A stretch of 64,000 nucleotides of DNA, taken from contig NC_043007.1 in NCBI RefSeq assembly GCF_006345805.1, positions 70,742,001-70,806,000 of the forward strand, in the 5' to 3' direction. The DNA comes from Octopus sinensis. Its lineage: Eukaryota. The first letter of the stretch is position 1, and each line of letters opens with the position of its first letter. This document shows, piece after piece, positions 13,336-27,789 of this stretch. Under the pieces are notes generated by a model. The model ran no database searches and was not told where the DNA came from. It was given only the letters and a program-made list of their open reading frames with translations. A program made the translations under genes and the position numbers.

Positions 13336-13684
13336 TGTGTGTGTATGTATGTGTACATATGCATACATCTATGCATGTATGTAAGTATGTATTTTTGAAT
13401 GTATATGTGTGTAAGTCTACTTTTTCTCTCTAAAGTAGAAAGAGATTAGTTAACAAAATACAAAAATTCTTATAGTTTGCTGTAAGAATGAAATATTATA
13501 ATTTTGTCTTACAATCAGATGTTACAGTTTGAAACAATAGTTTAGGGATGTAGATACAGTTACCATAGGTTTCTATTAGAATCAGAATTTGCAGCTTGGG
13601 TGATGTAGATAGTGCAGTTAAAATTTCATATCTTTAAATATTTAGCTGTTTTGTTAAATTTAAATTCCACAGCTTCCTATTATA

Positions 13685-13916
13685 TATTTCTTTACTACCC
13701 ACAAGGGGCTAAACACAGAGGGGACAAACAAGGACAGACAAATGGATTAAGTCGATTATATCGACCCCAGTGCGTAACTGGTACTTAATTTATCGACCCC
13801 CAAAGGATGAAAGGCAAAGTCGACCTCGGCAGAATTTGAACTCAGAACATAGCGATAGATGAAATACAGCTATGCATTTTGCTCAGCGTGCTAACGTTTC
13901 TGCCAGCTCACTGCCT
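13685..13916 (-). mobile_element. Well-preserved family-A SINE
   Basis: Full body through the ccccttgtgggtagtaaagaaat tail; flanked by acagcttc(c/a)tatt direct repeats. Confidence 0.9.
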
Positions 13917-14196
13917 TACAGCTTCATATTGTATTTAAGTACTACAGTTAGTATGTGGCAATTATATATCTCAGTATATGCTACAATTTAAACATTAAGT
14001 TTCTAGTTGTATTTAAATATCAGGCTTAGACCATCATAAAAAAAACACTAAATTAATTTCATTTCCTTCCAAGGCTAATCTGCTTAAGTGAGTTGATATT
14101 TGCTAAGAATTATTATGAAAAAGATGACCTTTTTAAGCATTTGAAGAGTGTTTGACGAAAGAATGAATTAGAAAACTAAAGTTTGATCTCCTTCAG

Positions 14197-14219
14197 GTTT
14201 TGAAAAGATCATAAAGTGA
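14197..14219 (+). CDS. Candidate terminal coding segment (GFEKIIK*)
   Basis: Acceptor gatctccttcag, phase-1 compatible with 12821-12878, AATAAA about 95-120 nt downstream. Confidence 0.2.
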
Positions 14220-14500
14220 AATGTTAAAATTGAAATTGAGATTAATTAAAATTATAGAGCTTCAATGACAGTTAAGCATGTTGAATGATCTCCACAGAAA
14301 AATTGCCTTCTGAATAAAAACAGTCTTTTTTTTTTTAATAAAATTTAACCCTATCATATAGAGTATTGACATTACGTTCAGACATATTTTTCTATGTAGT
14401 CCCACTAAATGAAGCTAAAATGGCTTATGATTAAAATCAATTTGAAACAGTTTGCTTGTTGTTGACATCTGTGGTTTGACAAGGAGGCTTAATTCTTTAA

Positions 14501-14688
14501 CCCTTTAGCATTTAAATCAGCTATATCCAGTCCAAATATGCTACCTGCATCATGCTCTAGCTAGCTAGATCCAGCCTATTACACTTACTCTTCAATGCCA
14601 TTATAAAATATACAATCACATCATCAAAGTTTCAAAGCTAGAAAATAATGCATGATTAATTCAAAACAATGTCAATAAAAAGGCATTA
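14501..14688 (+). mobile_element. piggyBac-type MITE (family E1), truncated by a later insertion
   Basis: TTAA + CCCTTTAGCATT terminus, body matching 44348-44568; interrupted at a TA. Confidence 0.75.
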
Positions 14689-14790
14689 CTGTAAATCCTC
14701 GAGTATAATCCGAATTTTTTTCCCAAAATTTAAAGATCAAAATCCCTAGTGCGTACTATATACGAGGTTAAAAATTAATAATAATGAGGG
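14689..14790. mobile_element. pogo/Tc2-like DNA transposon end
   Basis: TA + CTGTAAATCCTCGAGTATAATCC, with a subterminal inverted copy (tactatatacgagg); other end not found. Confidence 0.4.
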
Positions 14791-15469
14791 CAATAATGAA
14801 TAATAATGAATAATAATGAGGGCAATCCCTTCCGTAGTCTAATAAAATTAGTCAAAAAAGCATAAGTCCCATGATACACAGCAAATAAAAATTTCTTCAA
14901 GAAATTAATATTGCAATTTAGGGTAAAACTGCCAAAACACCAAGGAAAATATTCCTCTCTCTAAAATCAAAATAACTAAATATATCAGGCACAAAAGCAT
15001 TATGAAAAATAAACCAAGGTAAACTTGTGCAACGAGACCAGAAAACAGCAGCAATATATATATATATTAGGTGTGGCCATGTGAAAAACTTTCTATATTA
15101 TTTCACATCTTCTGGACTCATAATATAAGTTTAATAACAATGTTTCTAAGTTGTTAAAACACCACCAAAAACAGCATCTTCTTACACAGTTTTCAATGTA
15201 AATTGGTCTGGAAGAGCCTTTTCTTGGCAATTAAATTAGACCAGGAAATGAAGTGAACTGGTTCAACAGTGAAGAATCAATTTGGGTGGCAAAGTGGCAA
15301 ACTTACATTGTTAAGATGTTTTTTAGCATTTGCACTATGCTTATATATATATATATATAAATGGCGGTGCCCCAGCATGGCCACAGCTCATTAGCTGAAA
15401 CTGGAAAAATCATCAAAATCAAATCATATATATTATGTATATGTATATGTATATATATATATGTATATA

Positions 15470-15530
<61 letters not shown>

Positions 15531-15717
15531 CATACATGCATACATACATATATCCATATATATATACATATAAGTGGTCATCCCGCTTATATGTATATAA
15601 TATAATTTTTATGTATCTTCAGATTTTAATATGCTAGACCACTGGTTTTAAATTGATATTAATCAATTACTATTCAATTTTTCACCCTTATTATTTTAAA
15701 TTTACACACACACACAC

Positions 15718-15753
<36 letters not shown>

Positions 15754-16779
15754 ATACTGAAATGAGTAGCTTGTTAGTTTACTGTTCAGGGATCAAATTA
15801 TAGCAGAGATGTCGTAACATTCTGTTTTAAGGCTGTACTAAAGAAATATGTGTAAAATGAGGTGTAAGTAGTTTATTAAGTGATTTGAGTTTGTGAGTCA
15901 GTTTAAAGTGTTTTGTAGTTATATCAGTAACACAGATCTAGTTCTCATGAATATATTGCAACTATCAGGCAACATGTCTCAGAATAAAACCACTTGTAGA
16001 ACCAATGACTTCTATGGTGAGAACCTTTATGTAGGTACTCAATCTACTAGAAACAATGGCCAAATGTTCCTAAAACCCTTATGCACCATCTTCAAAACAG
16101 AAGGCTACATTGAATAAGGTAACTCTCAGATTATAGTACATCTAAAAATAAAAGATAGGATGGTCTTATTTGCTCAGCTTTTAATCAAAGGTATAATTGA
16201 TGAAGACTGACCTAGTAATATACAATAACAGCAACTCCAACAATCTGGAATGCATATATATAGATGCAGGCATGACTGTGTGGTAAGAAGCTTGCTTCCT
16301 AACCATATGGTTCCAGATCAGTCCCACAATGTGGCACCTTGGGCAAGTGTTTTCTACTGTAGCATTGGTTTGACCAAAGCCTTGAGTGGATTTGGTAGAT
16401 GGAAACTGAAAGAAGCCCATTGTGTGTGTGTGTATATATATATACACACACACATATACATATATGTACACACACACACACATAAGATGATGCTGAAATA
16501 TTCCCGGCTTTAAAGGAAGTCCAACTTTCCAAGCTCTTTTACAGAACTTAAAAAAACTGCAGAACCACTGCAATAAGTGTGTGAATCTGAGGGTGGAATG
16601 TGTTGAATAAAGTTAATTGTAGTCAGAATTAGAGAAATGGCTTGGTTTGTTGTTGATCTTGCAGAAGCAAGATTATAAAGGGTGGGCCAAATTGTAAGTT
16701 CAATAGGCTCTGGGATTGTCAGACATACTTTCAATTTTTGTAAAATTGAATAAAATAGTTAAAGTAATGATGAACAAAA

Positions 16780-16986
<207 letters not shown>

Positions 16987-16987
16987 C

Positions 16988-17200
16988 TTTCTATTGTAAG
17001 CACAAGGCCTGAAATTTTGGTGGAGGGGACCAATTGATTAGATTGACCTCAGTGTTACACCGGTGCTTAATTTATCAACCCCAAAAGAATGAAAGGCAAA
17101 GTCAACCCCAGTGGAATCTGAACTCAGCACATAAAAATGGATAAAATGCTGCTAAGCATTTTGCCTGGCATGCTAATGACTCTGCCAGCTTGCCACCTTA
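16988..17200 (-). mobile_element. Family-A SINE
   Basis: Reverse complement of the family-A consensus. Confidence 0.85.
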
Positions 17201-17734
17201 AGTAATGATAATAATAAAAATAGCAATATAAATAAATATCAATTGCTTTGTTGCCTGACTTTTGACCAATCCAGTATATAAATATGAAACAATATCTTAT
17301 CAATATATAATTAGCAAACTGAATTAATCACATTTTTATTGACAATTGTTCTATTAGTTCTGAACTGTAGAGTTGATATGAACTCAGTATAAAATAACAT
17401 TAAATCAATGAACTGTTGGGACATTGCTGTGTAATTTCATTAAGTCAGACGATGTCCCACTGAGGAAAAAATGCCCCCAAGGGAAGAAATTACATGGACC
17501 CGGGAGGTAAATTTATTGATTCAAGGTTTGTACTTTTAGTTTTCAATAATAATTTTTAATAATCTTAAATCAAGAAGAAAATATGAAGTAGGCCTATTTT
17601 GTGAAAAAAACACTATTGTTTTCTTTCTTCCCCTCTGAACTTAATATGTATTACATATTCTTTAATTACTGTATTGTTAATGAAAATGTCTAATTGAGGA
17701 GACTGCAATTCATTCTGGTCCTATTTCTTTTACT

Positions 17735-18660
17735 CTTTAATTATGCTAGTTGTTTCAGTTATGGCTGTAGCCATGCTGGAGCACTGCCTTGAGGGATTTT
17801 AGCTGAACTAATCAAACCCAGAACTTATTCGTTTTTCAAGCCTGGTGCTTATTCTATCGATCTCTTTTGCTAAATCACAAAGTCATGGGGATGTAAACAC
17901 ACCAACACCAGTTGTCAAGTGGTGGTGGGGGACAGACATAGACACAGAAAAACACTCACATAGACACACATAAACACACACACACATATGACAGGCTTCT
18001 TTCAGTTTCTGTCTACCAAATCCCTTCACAAGGCTTTGGTTAGCCTGAGGCTATTGTAGAAGACACTTGCCTAAGGTGTCATGCAGAGGGCCTGAACCTG
18101 AAATTATGTGGTTGGGAAGTAAACCTCTTACTACACAGCTACTGCCATTAATTCATAAATAAATGAAATAACATTGTAATGTGTTATTTTTATTACTATT
18201 TTTATTTACTCTTTACTCTTTTACTCTCTTACTTGTTTCAGTCATTTGACTGTGGCCATGCTGGAGCACCGCCTTTAGTCAAAAAAATCGACCCCAGGAT
18301 TTATTGTTTGTAAGCCTAGTACTTATTCCATCGGTCTCTTTTGCTGAACTGCTAAGTTACGGAGACATAAACACACCAGCATCGGTGGTCAAGCGATGTT
18401 GGCAGGGACAAACACTGACTCAGAAACATATACTCACACACACACACATGTACACACACACACACACGTAAACACACACACATACATATACGACGGGCTT
18501 CTTTCAGTTTTTCGTCTACCAAATCCACTCACAAGGCTTTGGTCAGCCCGAGGCTATAGTAGAAGACACTTGCCCAAGGTGCAATGCAGTGGGACTGAAC
18601 CTGGAACTATGTGGTTTGTAAGCAAGCTACTTACCACACAGCCACTCCTACGTATAGGCG
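17735..18660 (-). mobile_element. Two tandem family-B tRNA-SINEs (17735-18145, 18215-18660)
   Basis: Head ggagtggctgtgtggtaag..gggttcagtcccactg, internal (CA)n, tail ccagcatggccacagtcaaatgactgaaacaagtaaaagag, all reverse-complemented. Confidence 0.88.
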
Positions 18661-19439
18661 TAGAAGTGGAATAATATTTAACGACAAAAATTTTAAATGA
18701 TCTCTTTATCAGTTGTTTTATTACGATAGACATTTAAACTAAAATTACATAGCAAATCAGAGGGTGATTGTGGGATGATGGAGTGTTCAGGATTATGGGG
18801 ATAGTGGAACGATGAGTGTGGTGGGAAGAAGGGCATGGCAGGGTGATGGTTGGTGGCTGTGGAATGAATTTTTTTTTCAAAAATTTGCCACAGCTCAAAC
18901 AGAATGGAAGAGATAGCAAAACCTTGCATTAAATGGACATTATTTTCTTCCTCTGATACCAAATGGTAAGCAAAAGGAATAGTGTTGTACTCCTATTTTT
19001 CTCAAGATCAGTGACAACATCAATGACCTCACCTAGGAGTTGAAACTGGTTCCACCACTGCCGTTGGATGTCAGCGTGATTTCTGGTTCTACAGCTTCTC
19101 TGTGTTGTTCTGCAGTCATATCAGCAACAACTTATTAGCTTCGTCAGCAATTTTCACAGATATACCAGCCTCACTGTAGTAACAGCAGCAAATCTAAATT
19201 TGGCTCAATTTCCTCATCATTCATCATAATAGGTTTGTCTTGTGAGCTGTTTCTATCCTAAGTGGATTATCTTACTAAAAACAGTAGGAAAGGAATAAAA
19301 GATGAAAAACAGTTTAATTCTCATGTAAGCCACATGTAGACATCTTTGCTATTGGATAAAGCTATTGAATTTAGAGGCAAGACTCATCTGTTCATGTAGG
19401 AGTATGTATATACAGACACTCATATATCTAATACATATA

Positions 19440-19490
<51 letters not shown>

Positions 19491-19752
19491 ATACAACAGG
19501 CTTCTTTCAGTTTCAGTCTACCAAATCCATACACAAGGATTTGGTTGGGCAGGGTCTATAGTAGAAAACACTTGCTCAAGGTGCTATGCATTGGGACTGA
19601 ACCCAGAACCAAAGAGTTGGAAAGCAAGCTTCTTAACACACAGCCATGTCTCTTCCTATATAAATATTCTCTTATTCTCTTATATGTTTCAGTCCAATGA
19701 CTGTGGCCATGCTGGAACACTGCCATATATACAGATATATTTGTTATATATA

Positions 19753-19969
19753 TGAAGAGGTGCTGAAAAGTTCCTGGCTTTAAAGGTATTGTGAAAGTCC
19801 TAACTGGAGGCCCAACCTTTTGAGTTCTTTTACAGGGCTTAGAAAAAATGAAGGACTGCTGCAATGAGTGTGGGAATCTGAGATGGGAATATGTTGAATA
19901 AAATCATAATCAACTGATCTTCTTGTATTTTGTTTTATCCCAAACCAGAAACTTTTCAGCACTCCATCA
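19753..19969. mobile_element. Mariner-derived MITE (related copy ~16486-16640)
   Basis: TIRs gtgctgaaaagttcctgg / ccagaaacttttcagcac; body resembles the mariner transposase 3' end. Confidence 0.75.
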
Positions 19970-20071
<102 letters not shown>

Positions 20072-20082
20072 ATATATATCTA

Positions 20083-20479
20083 TCTTTATATATAAAAGAG
20101 AAGTTGTGTGTCTGTCTCCTACGATTTAGATTCCTAACTACTCCCACATTTTGCGGTGCAGTTTAACCAAAAGCGGGTATCTTATAGTCGTGATTCATAT
20201 CGAGCTCTTCTGGGTATTAGCGCGTGTCTACAATGAGTCTACGATTTAAAAAAAAAATTACCATAATTTTTTCCATTTTAATGCATTTTTTCGCTATTAT
20301 ATAAGGGAAGTAACTCTCTAAAAATGTCTACGATGAGTCAACGATTTAAAAAAAATTTACCATAATTTTTTTTCCATTTTTAATGCATTTTTTTTGCTAT
20401 TTTTTGGCTATAACTCTCTAAAAATGCTTATATAGTTATTTCCCTTAGAAACCCGAGCAACGCCGGGCGATACTGCTAG
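20083..20479 (+). mobile_element. Non-autonomous Helitron, copy 2 (internal ~95-bp tandem duplication)
   Basis: TC..TATATAAAA start; 3' end AAACCCGAGCAACGCCGGGCGATACTGCTAG identical to copy 1. Confidence 0.85.
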
Positions 20480-21959
20480 TATATACATAAATAAATAAGG
20501 GCACACATCATAGTAGAACAGAATGGATTAGAAGCAGGAACAGGAGTGAAGCAGGAGCACACATGAGGATGGAATGTGTTGCTGAAGAGGTCATAGAATG
20601 TATGATGAAAGATTTCTGGACAATGGACATGAGTTAGAATAAGAACGGTAATAAACAAGTGAAGAATGAATATATATTCTATTGGTCTCTTTTGACAAAC
20701 TGCTAGGTTATGGGGATGTAAACACACCAACATCCATTGTCAAGTGATGGTTGGGGGACAAAGATAGAAACACATAAATACACATGCACACGTCTGAGCA
20801 CACACACACCGGGCTTTTTTCAGTTTCCGTCTACTAAATCCATTCACAAGGCTTTGGTCAGCTTGAGCTAAAGTAGAACACTTGCCCAAGGTGCTACACA
20901 GTGTGTTTAAACCCAGAACCACATGGTTGCGAAGCATACTTCATGGCTGTGTGGTAAGAAGCTTGCTTAAGGGGGTTTTTGCCTGACTAAAACCCTTAAG
21001 GTGGTGCTCCAGCACGGCCGCAGTCAAATAATTGAAACACGTAAACGAAAAAGTAAAAGAATATATATATATATATATATATATATATCATCATCATCAT
21101 CATCATCATTTAACGTCCGCTTTCCATGCTAGGATGGGTTGGACGACTTGATTGAGGACTGGCGAACCAGATGGCTGCGCCAGGCTCCAATCTGATCTGG
21201 CAGAGTTTCTACAGCTGGATGCCCTTCCTAACGCCAACCACTCCAAGAATGTATATATTATTTATTCATGCAAGACACAAATGTGATGATAAATAAAATC
21301 ATTTATTTGACTTTTTAGTGACCAAAGATACATGTCATCTTGTGACTGACCCTACTGGCTTTGTATTTGTGTGTTGAGGGGGTGACATTCATGCATTTCT
21401 CAAGAGGTATTTTGTTGGATTAACTGAAATATCTGTGAAGAGCTGAATCTAGGTTGTGGACTTGATTTACTGAGAGTTTACGACTTATGCCATGGCACTT
21501 GCTAAAAGATTCATTTAAAAATACCACCACCACCACCACCACCACCATCATCAAAACAACTATTAAAATAAACAGAAAACAAAAATAGAAACAAAGCCTC
21601 TACATGGAGACTCAAGTGGCTACAAATCGCAACCTCACCATTTTGGGGGAAAATAAAAAGGCAGGCAGGACATATTAGATAATGTAATCCTTCCAAGAAC
21701 TACCTCTGTATGTATATAATCAAAATAAGCAAGAAGGACATCCAGGATATCCTTGTTGCTTATTTTGATTGTAATCACCCCATTTTGAATTATATGGATA
21801 ATACCATACTAAATTCTGGTGCCTTTAACTTAAGTACCATATTCAACTGAACTTATATATATATAGATCTCCACACCCACACATACATACACACACACGT
21901 CCAGACCACCAGCCCTCTTTCACATGCACATACATACTCTCTTATACACACACGCACCT

Positions 21960-22248
21960 TTGTGTTGAGGGCACCTTCATATTGGAAGTCACTTGACGCT
22001 GTTATCGCCCCTACTGTCCCTCTCGCGTCTGACCACTGTCCGCAGTCAGGACGCCATGATAGATCGTTAGCTCCAACTCGCATTTTTTTCTCTCCTTGTT
22101 TTTTTCTGTGTATCTTTCTATCGAAGAGCATAGGCTCGAAACATAAAAGACTTTTTCTATTTCTATTCCTGAGTGCTATACTAATACATTTGTTTGTTTG
22201 TAATCCACCTGCCTTTGTCTTTTGCTTATTTTCGTAAACTTTCCCTAT
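21960..22248 (+). mobile_element. Penelope-like element 3'/pLTR fragment
   Basis: Homologous to 46965-47140; contains gaagagcataggctcgaaac, a degenerate hammerhead-like motif. Confidence 0.55.
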
Positions 22249-22322
<74 letters not shown>

Positions 22323-22591
22323 ATAGATATTTAAAGTTCTACATATTTAAAAATATGTGTGCTGGGATTTATATATGAACACAAACACACACATGTATGT
22401 ATGAAGATAGAAATCATATTGTATGTGTTTGCATGTGGCTACATAAACATGTTGCACATACATATATATACATGCACACACACACATATGCAAATGTGAT
22501 TGTAAATATGTAGATATGTGACTATGAATGTATCTGTTTGAATGCGGCAGGGAAACCGACAGCTGGTGAGGTTATGACAGCCAAGGCTTAC

Positions 22592-22756
22592 TTGAAGAAA
22601 AAAAAATGTGATTGAGCTGAGGTGATTCTAAACCATATTGTGTTGTGGCAACAAGTAATGGCAGCATTTCTTGAACTCCTCCAGAAATAGAAGATAATAC
22701 CGTTACCAAAATATTCTCTGACCAAGATAAGGAAACTGTTTTATCATTTTCTTCTG
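22592..22756 (-). CDS. Candidate internal coding exon (EENDKTVSLSWSENILVTVLSSISGGVQEMLPLLVATTQYGLESPQLNHIFFSS), gene unknown
   Basis: Perfect TACTAAC branch point ~30 nt upstream of acceptor ttatttgctag, donor /GTAAGC, 165 nt open (phase 1-1). Confidence 0.35.
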
Positions 22757-23043
22757 CTAGCAAATAAATGTATGTTATTTAAGGATGTTAGTAACGCTAC
22801 CTGAATATGTACTGGAAGGAATTTGAAGAAATCCCTCACTTCGCAAGCATAGATGCTATTTGATTCAAAATCTGCAATCATTGTAGAGAAGATCTTAAAA
22901 CAACATTTCCATTACACATTTTTCTTTCACGGTCATTTCACGGACTTATTTTTATTAGAGATTAACTATTTATGGATATTTAGATAAGTATGGATAAATT
23001 TATGTATATATATCTATATCTATATCTATATCTATATATAAAT

Positions 23044-23091
<48 letters not shown>

Positions 23092-23219
23092 AACATGCGA
23101 AAATATCTATATGTTGAGGCAAGCTTATGAGTATGTGTGTGTATTTGTAAATATGTAATTTTGAATATATGTATGCAGGTATATAGGTATGAATCGTCAT
23201 ACCTATATACCTGCATAAA

Positions 23220-25825
23220 AAACGTCTAACGGCATTTTGTTTGTGTTCTGAGTTCAAATTCCACTGAGGTTGACTTTACCTTTCATCCTTTAGGGGTTGA
23301 TAAAATAAGTACCAGTTGAATATACTGGAGTCAACATAATCAACTTAACCCTTCCCCCAAAGCTGCTGGTTTTGTACAAAAATTTGAAACCAGTTTTCAT
23401 TATGAATTTTCTCAGAATCAGTGAGTCATCAGGAAGGTCAATAAATAGTTATATGTTAAAGTTGGTCTATTCTTTCTGTTCTCATTTAAGTAAATAGAAA
23501 TTATAAATTGTCTTTTATATTCCTTCTCAGTTAGTTATTTCATAAACTTACACAGCGCTGTGTAAGAAATACCTCATTGTGTTGTAAGTATGGTACTCCT
23601 ATGATTTGAACATGGATCCACAAATTGGTATATTGCTTTTGTCTGATATGAGACATCATCACCTTTTTTGGACCAAATGACTAATACAAAATGTTTATCC
23701 TCAACTGTCTGTACTGGCGTCACATAAAAACACTGTTGCTGGTGCCACGTGAAATGCACCCAGAACATACAGTACACAGTATAAATTGCTTGGTGTTTGG
23801 AAGCATTTCCAGCCATAGAAACCATGCTAAAACGGACAATGGATCCTGGTATTGCTCTTGGCCTTGCCAGCTTCTATCAAACCATCCAACCCACACCATC
23901 ATGGAAAACAGACATTAAATAATGATGATCTTCTGTATGCACAAACGTGCCTGCATCATCACCTTTTGGGCCACTCAGAAATGTACACCAATGCTATATT
24001 CTTGAGTGTTCTTTTCAAGAAGTGATGAGATAGAGGAGCTGATCAACTAGTTGGTAATGATTGGCATGTAGGTCAGCTGAGTCCTTGTGATTCCTGAAAT
24101 GATAAAATTTTTCATGAAATAGTTCTGAGTTTGGCTGTTTGACTAATAGTTTGTGGAATTAGATTCAAGAATTTTATTGGCTGTGAATAGAAATACTGCA
24201 GAAGATATTCTCAATCATTGCAGAATCTAATCCATGTGACTTTAATCAAACTCTGTCAGTTGATATTTGACATCTAAGAAGGAGTCCTTCTTGTGGGGAA
24301 ATCAAGTTAAAAGTATAGTGATTTGGATATTCTGATAACTGTAAAAAGCTAGAATTTGAATGTTGTTGCCTTATAGATGATCTTTATTGTTAACAAGATG
24401 CAGTCTTAATAAATATGGATTTACATCCTCAAAAACAAAAACAAAAAAAAAACCAATTATTGGTGGAATCATTCCAATTTACAGAAACATAATTTCAAGT
24501 TGTGTTAAACTGAATTTATCAGTCCAATCTTGGTGAAATAAAATGAATCAGACATTCGGTATTCCAGAATCTGGTGTTTGCTGGTGCAGATGCCTGAACA
24601 TGTGAACATGACTTGCTCTTAAGACTTGCAAATTACTATGGAGACTGAAACAGTGTGTGAGGAATTTAAAGAAGGAAACTTTATACAATTTAAATATTTA
24701 TAATTCTTGTATTTAAATGAAAACACACCATATTTTAGATAATATGAAATATATATTTTAGAACAAAGATAACCAGGTCAGAATCTAACCAAACTTCTGA
24801 CATAGGAACCAAGCACTATATTCCAATGCGTTTGTGTGTTAGTGTTTGATCCCTCAACTCTGTTTGAAACTGATGTAAGCTTTTAATAAAATTACTGAGA
24901 GGGAGCTGTGAGAGCTTAACTTCATTTTTATTATGTGTAACATGTTTATAATATTTGTGATAAATTAGGGCGGTGAGCTGGCAGAATTGTTACCACACCA
25001 AGCAAAATGCTCAGCAGTATTTTGTTCATCTTTATGTTCTGAGTTCAAATTCCGCCAAGGCCAACTTTGCCTTTCATCCTTTCAGGGTTGATAAAATAAG
25101 TACTGGCTGAGCACTGAGATCGAAGTAATTGATTTAACCCAACCCCACCCAAAATTTCTGGCCTTGTGCTAAAATTTGAAACCAATATTTGTGATAAGTT
25201 GGTTTTACAAATCAATAACTTTCCTAGAATAAATAATTTTATCAAATATTTCTTTCATTACTTTTACAGCTCAATAATATTTTTTGTTTTAAGAATTTTA
25301 GTTTAGTCTAAGATCACCTCTCAGAAGGTGAATGATAGAAATTATAGAAAGGACTCCTATACAGAATTGGCAATACATGAGATGGTGAAAGTAAATTCTG
25401 CAGCATTCAATCATTACTTCATTATTGTCCCTTGTGGGTCAAAAATACTTAATAAGACAATATTACTTATCTTGCATTCCAATTAGAAGTTATAGGTTTG
25501 TTATCTCCGATATGTAACAGAAGAAAAAGATCTACTTTCCAAAATGTTAAATAGTCACACATCGGCATCAGTGAGGAAATAATGTCACAATATTACAAAT
25601 ATTAAAAAGACAGTAAGCTGGGAGAATCATTAACAAGATGGGCAAAATGCTTAGGAGCATTTTGTCTGTCTTTACTTTCTGAGTTCAAATTCTGCCGAGG
25701 TCAACTTTGTCTTTCATCCTTACAAGGTCAATAAAATAAGCACCAATTGAGCACTGGGGTTGATGTAATTGTCTTATCCAATTCCTGAAATTACTGGCCT
25801 TGTGGCGAAATTTGAAACGAATATT
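23220..25825 (+). mobile_element. Family-A SINEs (23220-23395, 24968-25190, 25610-25825) and a family-C tail (23640-23930)
   Basis: Consensus matches as above; the span is a group, not one element. Confidence 0.8.
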
Positions 25826-26284
25826 ATAAGCATTAAGACAAATATGTCTGTAATGGGAAAAAAATGGGAAAATATGACATCATCACAACGTTTTTGTTGT
25901 TTTAGTGAAACTAGTAAAAGAATTTTTGTGAAGTTGGTCCCTCATTTTCTTCTCCTTTTTGTCTGTTATATTTCCATTTTCATCTCATGTATTACTAGAA
26001 TACAAATCAATTCCATGCCAATTTCATTAGTTTATTGACTGAAGAAAGATGGACTTAGCAAGATTTGAACTCATAAACCCAAATAAATAGCCCAATCTAA
26101 ACACCACAAGGCATTTTGTCTGACATTTTGCTACTTCCCCTATTCCCTGATGAATGGATATAATTACTAAATTACTTCATAAAAACAATCAATCCTATTT
26201 CATAATAAGTATAGGGTTGGTTGTTTTGGAAATGATTCTACTTTTTTATATATTACAGAGAATTATACTTTTTTAAGAAGAGTC

Positions 26285-26705
26285 TTGGGCTCCTTTTGAG
26301 CATTGGGCCTCATGAAGGCAAAAGTGGCCGAGTTCCTTCCTTTTGAGGGTTGGGCCTCATGGAGGCAAAATGGTTGAGTTCCCGTCGAGTGTTGGGCCTC
26401 ATGGAAGCAATGACCAAAGCCTTTGGCATTATGTCAGTGCTTGAGAAGAAGACCCATCAAGCTGAGCAAAATCGAGGCATGGCAATACTGGTGTCATGCA
26501 AATGGTACTCATGCCGGTGGCACATAAAGGCACTTATCACACTCTCAGAGTGGTTGTTGTTAGGAAGGGCATACAACCGTAGAAAACCATGCCAAATCAG
26601 ATTGGTGCCTGGTGCAGCCTTCCAGCATGCCAGCCTAGTCAAACCATCCAACCCATGCCAGTATGGACAATGGATGTTAAATGATGATGATGATGATGAT
26701 GATAA
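26285..26705 (+). mobile_element. Family-C LINE-tail with three TTGGGCCTCATGGAGGCAA-type repeats upstream
   Basis: Three ~37-bp units at 26285-26410, then gccggtggcacataaagg..gatgatgat tail. Confidence 0.65.
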
Positions 26706-27357
26706 AATTGTCAAATTTTTAAGTAAATCCTGTCAAAGAGAATTTAGACTCAGAACCATCACATTTTGAAACCTCTGCCTAACTCTAACCTCTCATCATT
26801 GAAATGAGATTCACAAAGAATGAAAAAAAAAAAACCTGATCATAATATGCTTTATCTTCCTCTATCAACCAAATATATTGATATCACATCACTTAATTTG
26901 GCAACACTATTCTCACCCCACCTACCATCACCACTGCTGCCACCACCTTACATTGACTCTACACCCTGTCCCCACACCCGACTGACCTTATTCATACTCA
27001 AAGTGTTACATCATATGAATCTTATATTGGGTTCAAATTTTGGCTTGAGGCCAGCAATTTCAAGGCAGCAGCTAAGTTGATTACATTGACCACTACATTG
27101 CTCAACTAATACTTATTCTATCCTCTGCCAAAAGTTGACATTGGTGAAATTTGGACCCAGAATGAAAAGACGAAATGCTGCTAAGCATTTTGCCCAGCAT
27201 GTTAATGGTTCTGCCAGCTTACCATTTTATATGAATCGTATATTACAAGTATACTTTCTTTACACACCGATATTTGGTTAGTAGGATTAGAGGCTGGTCG
27301 ACGTTTGAGGAAATATTATATACACTCACTCAGAAATGATTTTTAATTTACCTTTAA

Positions 27358-27578
27358 CCCTTTTGTTACAAACCCGGCTGAAACTAGCTCTGGCTCTGAG
27401 TACAAATTTCTTGTTTTCATAAGTTTTGAATTAAAATCTTCCACCAAACCTTAAGTCACAAATTATGTTCCTAATACTAGCTGAATGATAACTAAGTTAT
27501 TTTACTAAATTCTTTGTTATATTTAAAGTAATTGAAAAAAACACAGAACATCTCAAAATAAATGCAGTAACAAAAGGG
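27358..27578. mobile_element. piggyBac-type MITE (family E2); second copy 45367-45574
   Basis: TTAA-CCCTTTTGTTAC...GTAACAAAAGGG-TTAA. Confidence 0.85.
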
Positions 27579-27789
27579 TTAAATGGAGCATCAACTTTAA
27601 ACCATTTTACTAACTTAGAATCAATAGAAAATTTTGGTTTCAAGAATATTGATAGGAATTGTTGAACTATGGCAGTTGTGTTGTTTTACAGAATTGCTGC
27701 TGGTTGATACAGATAAATTAGATCTTACCAACAAACCAACAATATTTACACGGGGCTACTTGAGGTAAAGAGGTGATCATTATATATAT

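Noticed and set aside
15893-16117. 74-aa ORF followed by an AAG/GTAACT donor
   Set aside because: It overlaps a dispersed repeat motif (ctagaaa..gccaaat) seen several times in the window.
19040-19140. Ig-like LVPPLPLDVSVISGSTASLCCSA (plus) and MTAEQHREAVEPE (minus)
   Set aside because: Both frames hit stops quickly and splice phases do not fit; resemblance is likely coincidental.
22800-22892. Minus-strand IFSTMIADFESNSIYACEVRDFFKFLPVHIQ as an INTS10-like exon
   Set aside because: The similarity is only a few residues, no other exon supports it, and it would leave a 44-nt intron or an incompatible phase to the next candidate exon.
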